This document shows positions 1 to 12,594 of a DNA stretch of 64,000 bases, in pieces. Location of the stretch: the NCBI RefSeq assembly GCF_039654945.1, contig NW_027361863.1, positions 16,306,001 through 16,370,000 on the forward strand. Reading direction: 5' to 3'. The DNA is from Dendrobates tinctorius (Eukaryota). The number at the start of each line of letters is the position of its first letter. Positions within the stretch are counted from its first letter, which is position 1. The notes under the pieces are model-generated. The model saw only the letters and a program-made list of their open reading frames with translations. It ran no database searches and had not been told where the DNA came from. The position numbers were made by a program, and so were the translations under genes.

Positions 1-1
1 G

Positions 2-310
<309 letters not shown>

Positions 311-321
311 TAAGTTAGTTT

Positions 322-470
322 ACTCTTTCGCCTAATTGGGGGACACAGAACCGTGGGTGTTATGCTGCTGTCCACTAGGAGGCGACACTATGCATAATCT
401 GAAAAAGATTAACTTTGGCTCCTCCTCTGCAGTATACACCCCTGGACGGCGTCAGCCTTCTCCAGTTTTT
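322..470 (+). repeat. DIRS copy A left ITR
   Basis: Reverse complement of about 6566-6702 (aattgggggacacagaaccgtggg...cttctccagtttt). Confidence 0.92.
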
Positions 471-1506
471 GCTTAGTGTCGCAAGGAGGCACACCTTTTT
501 TCTTCCGTTTTTTTTCCTTTTTTCGTCCGGAAATACAGATGAAGAAAAGAGGGTCTCCAGCGAGACTCCCGGCATGGCTCCCTCCTCGGTCCCCTATTAG
601 GGGTACCCGGTTGAGGTCGAGGTGGCTATTCCCCATGTCGCTCCCTCCCCAGTCCCTCGGGTCCTGGTTCGAGGTCGAGACCCCCCTCCTTCCCCAACCC
701 CTTTAAGGGGTCTGGGTTGAGGTAGAGGCGAGGATGAAGACCCCCTGACGGTGACAGACGCACCCTCCCTAATCCCCCGCAGGGGGCATTAGGTTGAGAC
801 GCCTCAGGTAGGGTCGGAGATCAGGCAGCATTCCGCAGCTTCCAGGGACCCCAGGCCGGCTTAGGGATCCTGTTGGGGCTGGGGGAGGGTGCGGACTGGA
901 TGGCACAGCAGAGACAGGACTTTTTCTGCGTCCCTGTCTCTGCAGCAGCAGCGGCTCCATAGCGCTTCACGGGCCCCACATACAGAAACCGCTACCCCTG
1001 CTACCCCCACCGCTATCCAGTCGACCATTCTGGGGGGGTCTGGTACAAATCCACCCCCCCGGACTACCGCGCCGCTCTGGAGCCCTCCTGGGCATCAGGC
1101 CTCTAATTTAGACCGCGGCTTCGGCCTAGCCGAAGCCGCCGCCTTTTCCCCGCCCCCCAGATGACCAAAATGACACACTGGAGTGTCATAGAAGGGGCGG
1201 ATTGAGGCAGAAAGCGTTTTTACACAGCCCAGCGCGCCCTTTTCAGCTCTCTGCCCCCTCCTCCCTCTCCTCAGAGTCCCGGTGGCCATTTTTTCTGGAT
1301 GAGATCCAGGAGAGGAGCATCACAGCGGTCTCCGGGGGGCACAGAACTGGGATCTGTCGGCGCTGGACCTAGGGGCACACCGTTGGGGTAAGCTCACAGC
1401 TGGGTTCTCATTACTCCTGTGAATCTATACTTCCTATAAGGCTCTCTGTGGGTTCCCTCTGCGTAGCCACCCCTGTACAATCCCTTATAGCCAGCCTCTG
1501 TGCACT

Positions 1507-3373
1507 ATGCCGGGCTCAAGGAAGAGAACCAGGCAGGAATGTTTCTATGCATTCTGCACAGCCTGCAAAGCCACGCTCCCTAGTGGCAGCACGTATCCGC
1601 ACTGCCGGGACTGCATCCTGAACTCTGGGTCAGAACGCCAGGGAGTCCCTACTGACGCTTCAGTGTCACAGGCCACGCCGGAATGGGCAACTCAGATGTC
1701 TCAGTCCATGACACAGTCCATAGACAACCTAACTGCTACATTGCTGCAAGCTCTGCAGAGTCGGGCCCCGGCTATGGACGGTACACAGCAAACGGACAGC
1801 TTGTCTCAGGAACATGCTGCTTCCGACTCTCACAGACGTAAGCGGACCCACAGGTCTCGATCACCTGAGTCGCACTATAGCACAAGGTCGTCCCCCTCCA
1901 GGGAGAGACAGCGTCATTCCAGGTCTCCTGGGCAGTCCCCTGCCGCAGACAGACAGTGCAATTTACCACAGGGATCCCCCACCACAGAAGACCCCCGCCC
2001 CAGGTCGCCCTCCAGGGATCATCTTAGGGTGGTTTCACATTAGCGCTTCTTAATCGCACGCACGGCCGGGGGTAGCTCCGCCCCCGAGCCGGCTCTCTGC
2101 CCGGCGTGCCCGCCTCTTGCTTGTAGCGCCGCCTCCTAGCGCACAGCGGTGCCTGCGATCGGCGCACCCTATCTTTAGCATCGGGTGCGCAGATCGTGCG
2201 CAGGCCGTGCGCTAGTTGCGCTTTGACCTGCGCTGCGCACTTTTGACGGTGCGCCGTGCGCGCCAAAATCCGAAAAGTTTGATTTTGGCGCTTAAAAAGC
2301 GCTAATGTGAAACCACCCTTAGCGAGGCACAGGATTCGGAGGGCATCTGTGACTCCGACTCAGATAACGAAACGGACAAGTCCGTGGTACCTTCTCCCCC
2401 TAGCAATACAGCGCTAGTTGAGGACATAATTTCTGCCATTCATCGGGTGCTAAAAATTCCAGAGTCGGCCCCGGAAGTCCCAGAACATAGGATTTGCTTC
2501 GAAAGTGTTCAGAAACCACCTAAGGTCTTCCCTAATCACCATGAGTTTGAGAAAATACTTACCAAACAGTTTGCGCAGCCTGAGAAAAAATTCGCTAATC
2601 GCAAATATTTGGAAGCGAAGTACCCCTTCCCACAGAAAGACACCAAACAATGGACAGATCCACCTGAAGTGGACCCTCCGGTTTCTAGGCTAGCAGCGCA
2701 GACTTTACTCTCTCTGCCGGATAGCTCAACCCTCAGGGACGCAGCAGACCGGCAAGTAGAACGCATGGCTCGTTCTATTTTCGAAGCGGCAGGCGCCTCT
2801 CTGGGCCCTGCGTTTGCTTCAGTTTGGGCAGCCAAGGCCATCCTGGCTTGGGCCAAAAAACTACAGGAGGGTCTTCAGGCTTCAAATCCTGAGCTCTCGG
2901 ACCAAGCAGTCCAGATAGCAGTGGTAGCAGACTACATGATTCATGCAGCCCTGGATTCCGCCAGAGGTGTAGCGGGAATAGCATCAAACGCCATCACGAT
3001 CCGACGCATCCTCTGGCTGCGAGAATGGAAAGCGGATGCGGCCTCAAAGAAGTCCCTCACGCGACTTCCGTATTTTACTGGAAGACTTTTTGGCGAAAAG
3101 TTGGACACCATGATAGCCAATGCCACTGGGGGTAAGAGTACCTCTCTCCCTCAACTAAAACCGAATCGCACGTTTAAACGAAGAAACCAGACGCGATTCC
3201 GATCCTTTCGGAACTCCTCGGGCTGGTCCGTTTCGCGCCCAGTGCAAAACCGTAACCGCTCTCCACGCAGGGACAACCCACGGGCGCAGCAGCGACCGGA
3301 CAGGGCTTGGCAGTCGAAAGCAGGCCAAGCGAAACCCAAGGGAGGAAAACCTCAGAACTTCGCTTCATCATGA
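1507..3373 (+). pseudogene. DIRS copy A gag-like ORF1 (523 aa once the MITE is removed)
   Basis: ORFs 1507..2043 and 2384..3373 fuse in frame when 2027-2321 is excised; N-terminal CxxC...CxxC; homologous to the copy B ORF at 32591. Confidence 0.88.
2027..2318. mobile_element. PIF/Harbinger-type MITE inserted in the DIRS gag
   Basis: TIR gggtggtttcacattagcgc / gcgctaatgtgaaaccaccc; TTA target duplication at 2024-2026 and 2319-2321. Confidence 0.92.
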
Positions 3374-5269
3374 CTCGCGACCTCCGGAAGACACCCCACC
3401 AGTAGGCGGCCGACTTTTACTCTTTCAGCAAGTCTGGCTGCCTATTACAGAAGACAGGTGGGTCAGGGAAATAGTGTCTTCCGGATACAAGATAGAGTTC
3501 ACTTCCGTTCCACCGAACCGGTTCTTCCTTTCTATTCCTCCAACACCACCAGAAAAGGCTCGTGCTTTCCACCAAGCGGTTTCCTCTCTCCTTCAATCAG
3601 GAGTTGTGGTGCCGGTTCCCGTGAACGAGAGATTCCGAGGATTCTACTCAAATTTGTTTGTAGTCCCCAAGAAAGGAGGCGGCGTCCGACCCATACTGGA
3701 CCTAAAACAGCTCAACAATTACGTACGGGTCCGTCATTTCCGCATGGAGTCCCTCCGGTCCATCATTGCATCCATGGACCAGGGAGAATACCTCGCCTCC
3801 ATAGACATACAGGATGCGTATCTCCACATACCAATTGCTCCCGCCCACCAAAGGTTTCTCAGGTTCGCGGTCAACCAAAACCACTACCAGTTTGTCGCCC
3901 TTCCGTTCGGACTCGCCACGGCTCCAAGAACGTTCACCAAAGTCATGGCGGCCACCATGGACGTCCTGCACTCAAGAGGCATTCTAGTCGTCCCGTACCT
4001 GGACGACCTCCTCATCAAGTCTCCCACTTTCAAAGACTGCGAGGTCAGTGTCTCAATCACACTAGACACTCTGAGTCGCCTGGGATGGCTAGACAACCTA
4101 CAGAAATCGTCGACTATCCCAACTCGGACTCTAACATTCCTGGGAATGGTATTCGACACCGCCAGGGGCCTGGTGCTCCTTCCCAAGGTCAAGACACTGG
4201 CCATCCGTCTGGGAGTTCGCACACTCCTTCGCAGTCCTCCTCGATCTCTCCTGTTTGCCATGAGAGTCCTCGGCCGGATGGCAGCAGCAATAGAGGCAGT
4301 GCCATTTGCCCAGTTTCACCTCAGGGTCCTTCAACTAGCCATACTCAGATCTTGGGACAGGAACCCCTTCTCCCTCGACAGGGAGTTCAGGTTGACGTCA
4401 TCAACCAGGAGGTCCCTGCATTGGTGGCTCAAACCAACCTCGCTTACACGAGGGAAGCCATTCCTCTCAGGACAATGGAAGATCCTGACTACCGATGCAA
4501 GCCTGACAGGCTGGGGGGCGGTGCACCTACATCACAGGGCAAGTGGTCACCGAGGGAAGTGACATTGCCCATCAATGTTCTGGAAATCAGGGCCATTCTC
4601 TTGGCACTGAGAGCCTTTCATCACTTGCTTGCAGCCTCGCACATACGGATACAGTCGGACAATGCCACGGCTGTGGCATACGTGAACCACCAAGGCGGGA
4701 CCCGCAGCGCCCAGGCGATGAGAGAAGTGGCTCATATCCTCCGCTGGGCGGAAGACACGAGGTCGGTACTTTCTGCGGTACACATTCCGGGTGTAGAAAA
4801 CTGGGAAGCCGACTTCCTCAGCAGGCAAGGAATGGACTCGGGGGAGTGGTCTCTCCATCCCGAGATTTTTTGCCAGATCTGTCAACGCTGGAGAACCCCG
4901 GAGGTGGACCTAATGGCATCCCATCTCAATACCAAGGTCCCCAATTTCATGGCCAGGACACACGACCCGCGGTCGCTCGGAGCGGATGCCCTGGTCCAGG
5001 ACTGGTCCCAGTTCCGACTCCTGTACATTTTTCCACCCCTCCCCCTAATCGCCAGGGTCGTGAGGAAGATCAAGCAAGAGGGAGTTCCGACCATCCTCAT
5101 CGCGCCAGACTGGCCCAGACGTACATAGTACGCCGACATCGTCCAACTTACAGCAGACGCCCCCTGGCGTCTACCCGACCGTCACGACCTTCTGTCTCAA
5201 GGTCCGTTCTTCCACCAGAATTCAGGGGCTCTCAATTTGACGGCATGGCCCTTGAAACCTGGATTCTAA
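3372..5269 (+). pseudogene. DIRS copy A pol: reverse transcriptase, RNase H, Dam-like methyltransferase domain
   Basis: VGGRL..W, RPILDLK, LPFGLATAP, YLDD, TDASLTGWG, INVLEIRA, SDNATAV, ADFLSR, VDLMAS, IFPP motifs; frameshift near 4540 and an in-frame TAG at 5126-5128. Confidence 0.92.
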
Positions 5270-6280
5270 CCCAGGCAGGTTTTTCACCGGCAGTCATTGC
5301 AACTATGATCAGGGCAAGGAAGCCGGCCTCCGCCAAGCTCTATTATCGTACCTGGAGAGCTTTCTTTTCTTGGTGCGAATCTCATGGACAAGTCCCACTC
5401 CCTTATTCCCTCCCGAAGGTACTAGGTTTTCTTCAATCGGGCCTAGATGCCAAGCTATCCCTAAGTTCGCTTAAGAGTCAGGTGTCGGCGCTTTCAGTCC
5501 TTTTTCAAAAGCGCATTGCTATTAAACCGCAAGTAAGGACTTTCATCCAGGGAGTTTCCCGATTGGTTCCTCCCTACAAACGTCCGCTGGATACGTGGGA
5601 CCTCAATCTGGTCCTGACAGCATTGCAAGCTCCACCCTTCGAACCTCTTAGAGGAGTTCCACTCTCCATTCTGTCTCAGAAAGTGGTTTTTCTAGTGGCG
5701 ATCACCTCGTTACGCAGAGTGTCGGAATTGTCAGCACTTTCCTGCAGACGGCCTTTCCTAGCCTTTCACCAGGACAAGGTGGTTCTCCGCACGGTACCAT
5801 CCTTCCTTCCGAAGGTTGTGTCCAACTTTCACCTCAATGAGGACATTTCACTGCCATCCCTTTGCCCGTTTCCGGTTCATAGAGTGGAGAAGGCTCTGCA
5901 TACGCTTGACCTCGTCAGAGCATTGCGGATTTACGTGTCCAGGACTGCACCTTTCCGGATATCTGATTCCCTCTTCATTCTTCCGGAAGGTAGTCGCAAG
6001 GGGCTGCCGGCTTCCAAGGCTGGATCAAGTCCACCATACATGAGGCCTACCGACTTAACAGTTCCCCTCTTCCGGCCGGTATCACGGCACACTCTACACG
6101 GGCAGTAGGGGCCTCCTGGGCCATTCGGCATCAGGCTTCGGCACAACAAGTGTGTAAGGCGGCCACTTGGACTAGCCTACACACATTTACGAAACACTAC
6201 AGTGTTCATACCCAGTCCTCAGCGGATGCGAGCCTGGGTAGACAGGGTACTGCCGCCTGCAGAACCAAAGTCTGGGAACT
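5245..6280 (+). pseudogene. DIRS copy A tyrosine recombinase core
   Basis: MALETW start, RRVSEL, HSTR, ATW...FTKHY catalytic motifs; frameshifting deletion near 6020. Confidence 0.9.
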
Positions 6281-6332
6281 GTCAACACAATATTCGTCCA
6301 CTGCTTCCCACCCAGGGACTGCTTTGGGACGT

Positions 6333-6433
6333 CCCACGGTTCTGTGTCCCCCCAATTAGGCGACAGAGTAAAGGAGATTTTTGTGTACTCACCGTAAAAT
6401 CTCTTTCTCTTAGCCTTTAATTGGGGGACACAG
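6333..6433 (+). repeat. DIRS copy A internal complementary region (ICR)
   Basis: First half complements the left terminus and second half the right terminus, joined as gagt-aaa-ggag. Confidence 0.92.
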
Positions 6434-6565
6434 CTCCCACCCTGTTGCCCTTACGGGCCGTTGTTTACTGTTGAGTTCTCATATTGTTCTTTGAGCTCGT
6501 ACATAGTAGCCTTCTTACAGGCATGGTTATGTTATATGATTGCGTTCCTCCTTATGCTTTGGCAC

Positions 6566-6747
6566 AAAACTGGAGAAGGCTGACGCCGTCCAGGGGTGTA
6601 TACTGCAGAGGAGGAGCCAAAGTTAATCTTTTTCAGATTATGCATAGTGTCGCCTCCTAGTGGACAGCAGCATAACACCCACGGTTCTGTGTCCCCCAAT
6701 TAAAGGCTAAGAGAAAGAGATTTTACGGTGAGTAAACAAAAATCTCC
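6566..6747 (-). repeat. DIRS copy A right ITR with 3' extension
   Basis: Inverted copy of 322-470 plus an extension complementary to the ICR. Confidence 0.92.
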
Positions 6748-6858
6748 TTTTTGAGCCTTTCTATATGGTGACAGCATACTGGGTAACTGACGTCTGACAT
6801 TGTGCAGTACAATACCAGACCTGGCTCATGGACTGGGTGGTGCGGTCTTATAGAATGA

Positions 6859-7855
<997 letters not shown>

Positions 7856-8689
7856 TAATTTTATTTGCGCTAATCCCCTCGTGCTGCCCAAGGGGGGCCG
7901 GAGGGGTGTCATCCAGGACAGACACCCTACCTCCATCCTTTTTAATACAGAACGCGTTGTCGTATAATAAAACACAAAACACTATTGAGAGAGATTCTTT
8001 GAGTTCTATAAGTCGGGAGAGGAGAGTTCTTGGAGAAAAACATCAGATATTTGGTTTGTACAGAGTAACAACCCCCTTTCCTTCCAACACAGGAGAGAGA
8101 AAAGGGGAGGTACTGTATTGGATAAAATCAAAACCTTGTACACGTTGTTAAAATTTTGGGGATAGTGAAGTCCTCTGCCTGCAAAAATTTTAAGGGTTTG
8201 TCCAGGATTAGACTGCAGAATAACAAGATGTCAGCAGTGTCGACTTGTAAAAGTAGGTGCCCTGGAAGTCAGAAAGCGAGCCAGTCTGGCCTGCCTTCCA
8301 TGCCCAGACAACTACTTGGTTTCCAGCTTTTAGGGCCCTTTTTGTCAATAGGTTGTCAGTGATTTGCAGCTCTGTCTTACGGATGTGGATGAACGGAGAC
8401 CAGCAGTAGGTGATTCCTCCGGAGCTGTAATGATGGGAGTAGTTGAGGACACCTGGCTTTCTTCTAGTCTGAAAGTGTTGATAAAGAGAACATGTTGCCT
8501 GGAATAAAAAAAAAAACAAAAAAACACTTAACCCCCATAACTGCAGGTTGTGTTCTGATCCTGCCTAGCACTCAGATCTCCGATGCTGGGAGAAAATTAA
8601 CTTTATTCCTCCTGGTAGCATTCAGGTTCCAGTAGCGGGGGCTGCGCAGGTTCAGTCACCTCTCTGTGTATAGAGAGCGGTGACTTTAG

Positions 8690-9185
8690 AGGGGTTGTCC
8701 ACTAATAGTACAACCCCTTCTTAAACTAAATGTACAGCAGAGATAAAACAAACCTATATTCAACTCCTGTGGCGGCTCTGTTCCTGTGGTGTCTGCACTC
8801 GCTGTGTTGTGATGCCCGGTGCCCATTCAGTATGGGCGTCACTGTCTCCGCGTCCTGTCAAAATGACCATGAAGCATAAGTCCTAGATCAGCTGCAACCT
8901 GGACTTACACTTAATGTTCAGTTTGTCTGAAGGTGGAGACAGTGATTCCAGCACTGATTGGGCGCCAGGCATTACGTCGCAACACCGCATCACAGCCCCG
9001 AGACCGCGAGTGTAGGCACGGAAGGTGAATATAGAGTTTTCTTTCGCTTCATTGGGGGACACAGGAAACCATGGGAGTATGCTGCTGCCACTAGGAGGCC
9101 GGCACGGAAGGTGAATATAGGTTTTATGTTATCAGAGCCAAACATTTACTTTAAGAAGGGCTTGTCCTAATAGTGGACAACCCCT
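8690..9185. mobile_element. T2/Kolobok-type MITE
   Basis: TIR aggggttgtccacta / tagtggacaacccct, flanked by ttag and ttaa. Confidence 0.8.
9037..9098 (+). mobile_element. Isolated DIRS left-terminus fragment
   Basis: ttttctttcgcttcattgggggacacaggaaaccatgggagtatgctgctgccactaggagg aligns with 319-382. Confidence 0.8.
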
Positions 9186-9278
9186 TTAACCCATTCACAG
9201 CCTTTGACATAATATTTACATCAACGTTCATGTCCTCTCGTTTTGCAGGCTCTGGCCTGCACTTGATGGCTGATTTAA

Positions 9279-12200
9279 CCCCTTACCTACAATTGACGTA
9301 ATATTCCGTCCATGTGACCATGGACCTAATTACCATGGACGGAATATTACGTCATCGCGATCAGCGGTGCCCACGTGGTGAGCGCCGCTGATCGCGGCCG
9401 AGTGTCAGCTAATTATCATAGCTGACACCCGGCACAATGTGTCAGGGGCGGTCACGGACCGCCCCCGACACGTTAACCCCTTGAACACCGCGATCAAACG
9501 CGATCGCGGTGTACCGGGGGTTAAAGGGAAGCATCGGCAGGGAGGGGGCTCCCTCCGTGCTTCCCTGAGCCCCCCACGGCAGCGCAATGTGCAGCGCTGC
9601 TGCGGGGGGCTCTTTCCCTACAGGCCCCCGGATCCAAGATGGCGACGGGGGCCTGCAGGGAGCTGACTTCCTCACTGCCTGCAAAGCGCAGGCATGATGA
9701 AGTCTGCAGCAGTGCCTGTGACAGATCGCTGATCTGTCAGTGATGTGATGTCCCACCTGGGACAAGGTAATAAAGTAAAAAAAAAAAAAAGTGTTAAAAA
9801 TAATTTAAAAAAAATCGCTAAATAAATTAGTAAAAAAAAAAAAAAAATATTCCCCAATAAATCCATTTTTTCAAAATAAAAAAAACAAACAAAAGTACAC
9901 ATTTGGTATCGCCGCATCTTGTCCCGCAAAAAACGAGTCGCCACACAGCATCATCCGCAAACAAATAAAGTTATAGCTCGCAGAATAAAGCGATACAAAA
10001 ATAATAATTTTTTATATAAAATTGTTTTCATTGCAAAAAAACGACAAAACATAAAAAAAACCTAAATGAGGTATCGCTGTAACCGTACTGACCCGAAGAA
10101 TAAAACCGCTTTATCAATTTTACCGCACGCGGAACGGTGTAAACGCACCCACCAAAAGAAATTCACGAAACGCTGGTTTTTGTTCATTCTGCGTCCCAAA
10201 AATCGGAATGAAAAGCGATCAAAAAATGTCACGTGCCCGAAAATGGTACCAATAAAAACGTCAACTCGTCCCGCAAAAAATAAGACCTCACATGACTCGG
10301 TGGGTCAAAATACGGAAAAATTATAGCTCTCAATATGTGGTGATGCAAAAACTATTTTTACAATAAAAAGCGTCTTTTAGCGTGCGACAGCTGCCAAACA
10401 TAAAAACCGCCATAAATCGTAAATCAAACCCCCCCCGTTATCACCCCCTTAGTTAGGGAAAAATAATAAAACTAAAAGAAAATGTATTTATTTCCATTTT
10501 CCCGCTAGGGTTAGGGCTAGGGCTCAGATTAGGGTTAGGGGTGTGTTGGGGTTAGGGTTGGAGTTATAATTGGGGGTTTCCACTGTTTGGGCACATCAGG
10601 TGCTCTCCAAAGGCAACATGGCGTCTGATCTCAATTCCAGCCAATTCTGCGTTGAAAAAGTCAAATGGTGCTCCTTCCCTTCCAAGCTCTGCCATGCGCC
10701 CAAACAGTGTTTTACCCCCACATGTTGGGTATCAGCCTACTCAGGACAAATTACAAAACAACTTTTGGGGTCCAATTTCTCCTGTTACCCTTAGGAAAAT
10801 AAAAAATTGGGGGCAAAAATATAATTTTGCGGAAAAAAATGTTTTTTTTTATTTTCACGCCCAGGCGTTATAAACTTCTGTGAAGCACTTGGGGGTTCAA
10901 AGTGCTCACCACACATCTAGATAAGCTCCGTGGGGGGTCTAGTTTCCAAAATGGGGTCACTTGTGGGGAGTTTCAATAGTTTAGGTACATCAGGGGCTCT
11001 CCAAACGCACATGACACCCGCAGACCATTCCATCAAAGTCTGCATTCCAAAACGTCAATACTTCCCTTCTGAGCCCCGACGTGTGCCCAGACAGTAGTTT
11101 TCTCCCACATATGAGGTATCAGCGTACTCCGGACAAATTGGACAACAACTTTTGGGGTCCAATTTCTCCTGTTACCCTTGGGAAAATAAAAAAAATGGTG
11201 ACTAAAAGATCATGTTTGTGGAAAAAATACGATTTTTTTATTTTCACGCCCGGACGTTATAAACTTCAGTGAAGCACTCGGGGGTTCAAAGTGCTCACCA
11301 CACATCTAGATAAGTTCCTTGGGGGGTCTAGTTTCCAAAATGGTGTCATTTGTGGGGGGTTTCCACTGGTTTGGTACATCAGGGGTTTTCCAATCGCGAC
11401 ATGGTGTCTGATCTCAATTCTAGCCAAAAACGTCAAATGGCGCTGCTTCCCTTCCGAGCTCTGCTATGCGCCCAAATAGTCATTTACACCCACATATGGG
11501 GTATCAGCGTACTCAGGACAAATTGCACAATAACTTTTAGGGTCCTGTTACCCTTGGAAAAATAAAAATTGGGGGTGAAAAGATCATTTTTGTGGAAAAA
11601 ATATGATTTTTTAATTGTACCGCTGTACGTTATAAACTTCTGTGAAGCCCTTGTGGGTTCAAAGTTCTCACCACATATCTAGATAAGTTCCTTGGGGGGT
11701 CTAGTTTCCAAAATGGGGTCACTTGGGGGGTTTCCACTGTTTAGGTACATCAGGGGCTCTCCAAACGCGATATGGCGTCCGATCTGAATTCCAGCCAATT
11801 TTGCATTGAAAAAGTCAAACGGCGCTCCTTCCCTACTGAGGTCTGCCATGCGCCGAAACAGTGGTTCCCCCCCACATATCAGGTATCAGCGTACTCAGGA
11901 CAAATTGCACAATAACTTTTGCAGTCCAATTTCTCCTGTTACCCTTGGTAAAATAAAGAAAATTGAACCTGAAGTATTTTTTTTGTGAAAAAAAAGTTAA
12001 ATGTTCATTTTTTTTTTTAATATTCAAAAAATTCCTGTGACGCACCTAAAGGGTTAATAAACTTCTTGAGTGTGGTTTTAAGCACCTTAAGGGGTGCAGT
12101 TTTTAGAATGGTGTCATTTTTGGGTATTTTCTATCATATAGAACCCTCAAAGTGGCTTCAAATGTGAAGTGGTCCCTAAAAATAAAATGGTGTTGCAAAA

Positions 12201-12594
12201 ATGAGAAATCGCTGATCAATTTTTAACCCTTATAACTTCCTAACAAAAAAAAATTTTGGTTCCAAAATTGTGCTGATGTAAAGTAAACATGTGGGAAATG
12301 TTATGTATTAAGTTTTTTGTGTGCCGTATCGCTGTGATTTAAGGGCATAAAAATTCAAAGTTGGAAAATTGCGAAATTTTCGCCAAATTTCCGTTTTTTT
12401 CACAAATAAACGCAAGTTATTTGAATGCAATTTTACCACTAACATGAAGTACAATATGTCACGAGAAAACAATGTCAGAATCACCGGGATCCATGAAAGC
12501 GTTCCAGAGTTATGACCTCATAAAGGTACAGTGGTCAGAATTGTAAAAATTGGCCCGGGAGTTAACGTGCAAACCACCCTTGGTAGTGAAGGGG
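9279..12594. mobile_element. Large non-autonomous piggyBac-like element with about 0.4 kb internal tandem repeats
   Basis: ttaa|cccctt...aagggg|ttaa termini; internal repeats at about 10570-11960; no transposase ORF. Confidence 0.78.

Larger units (their letters stand above)
319..6750 (+). mobile_element. Full-length DIRS1-type tyrosine recombinase retrotransposon (copy A) in a CHD4 intron, inactivated
   Basis: Inverted terminal repeats, internal complementary region, TTT at both ends, gag + RT/RNaseH/methyltransferase + YR ORFs. Confidence 0.95.

Noticed and set aside
1299-3429. Upstream ATG exon (1299-1387) spliced to tctttcag at 3428 to supply a pol start
   Set aside because: The phase-2 donor would join neither the pol nor the YR frame, and copy B has no equivalent ATG.
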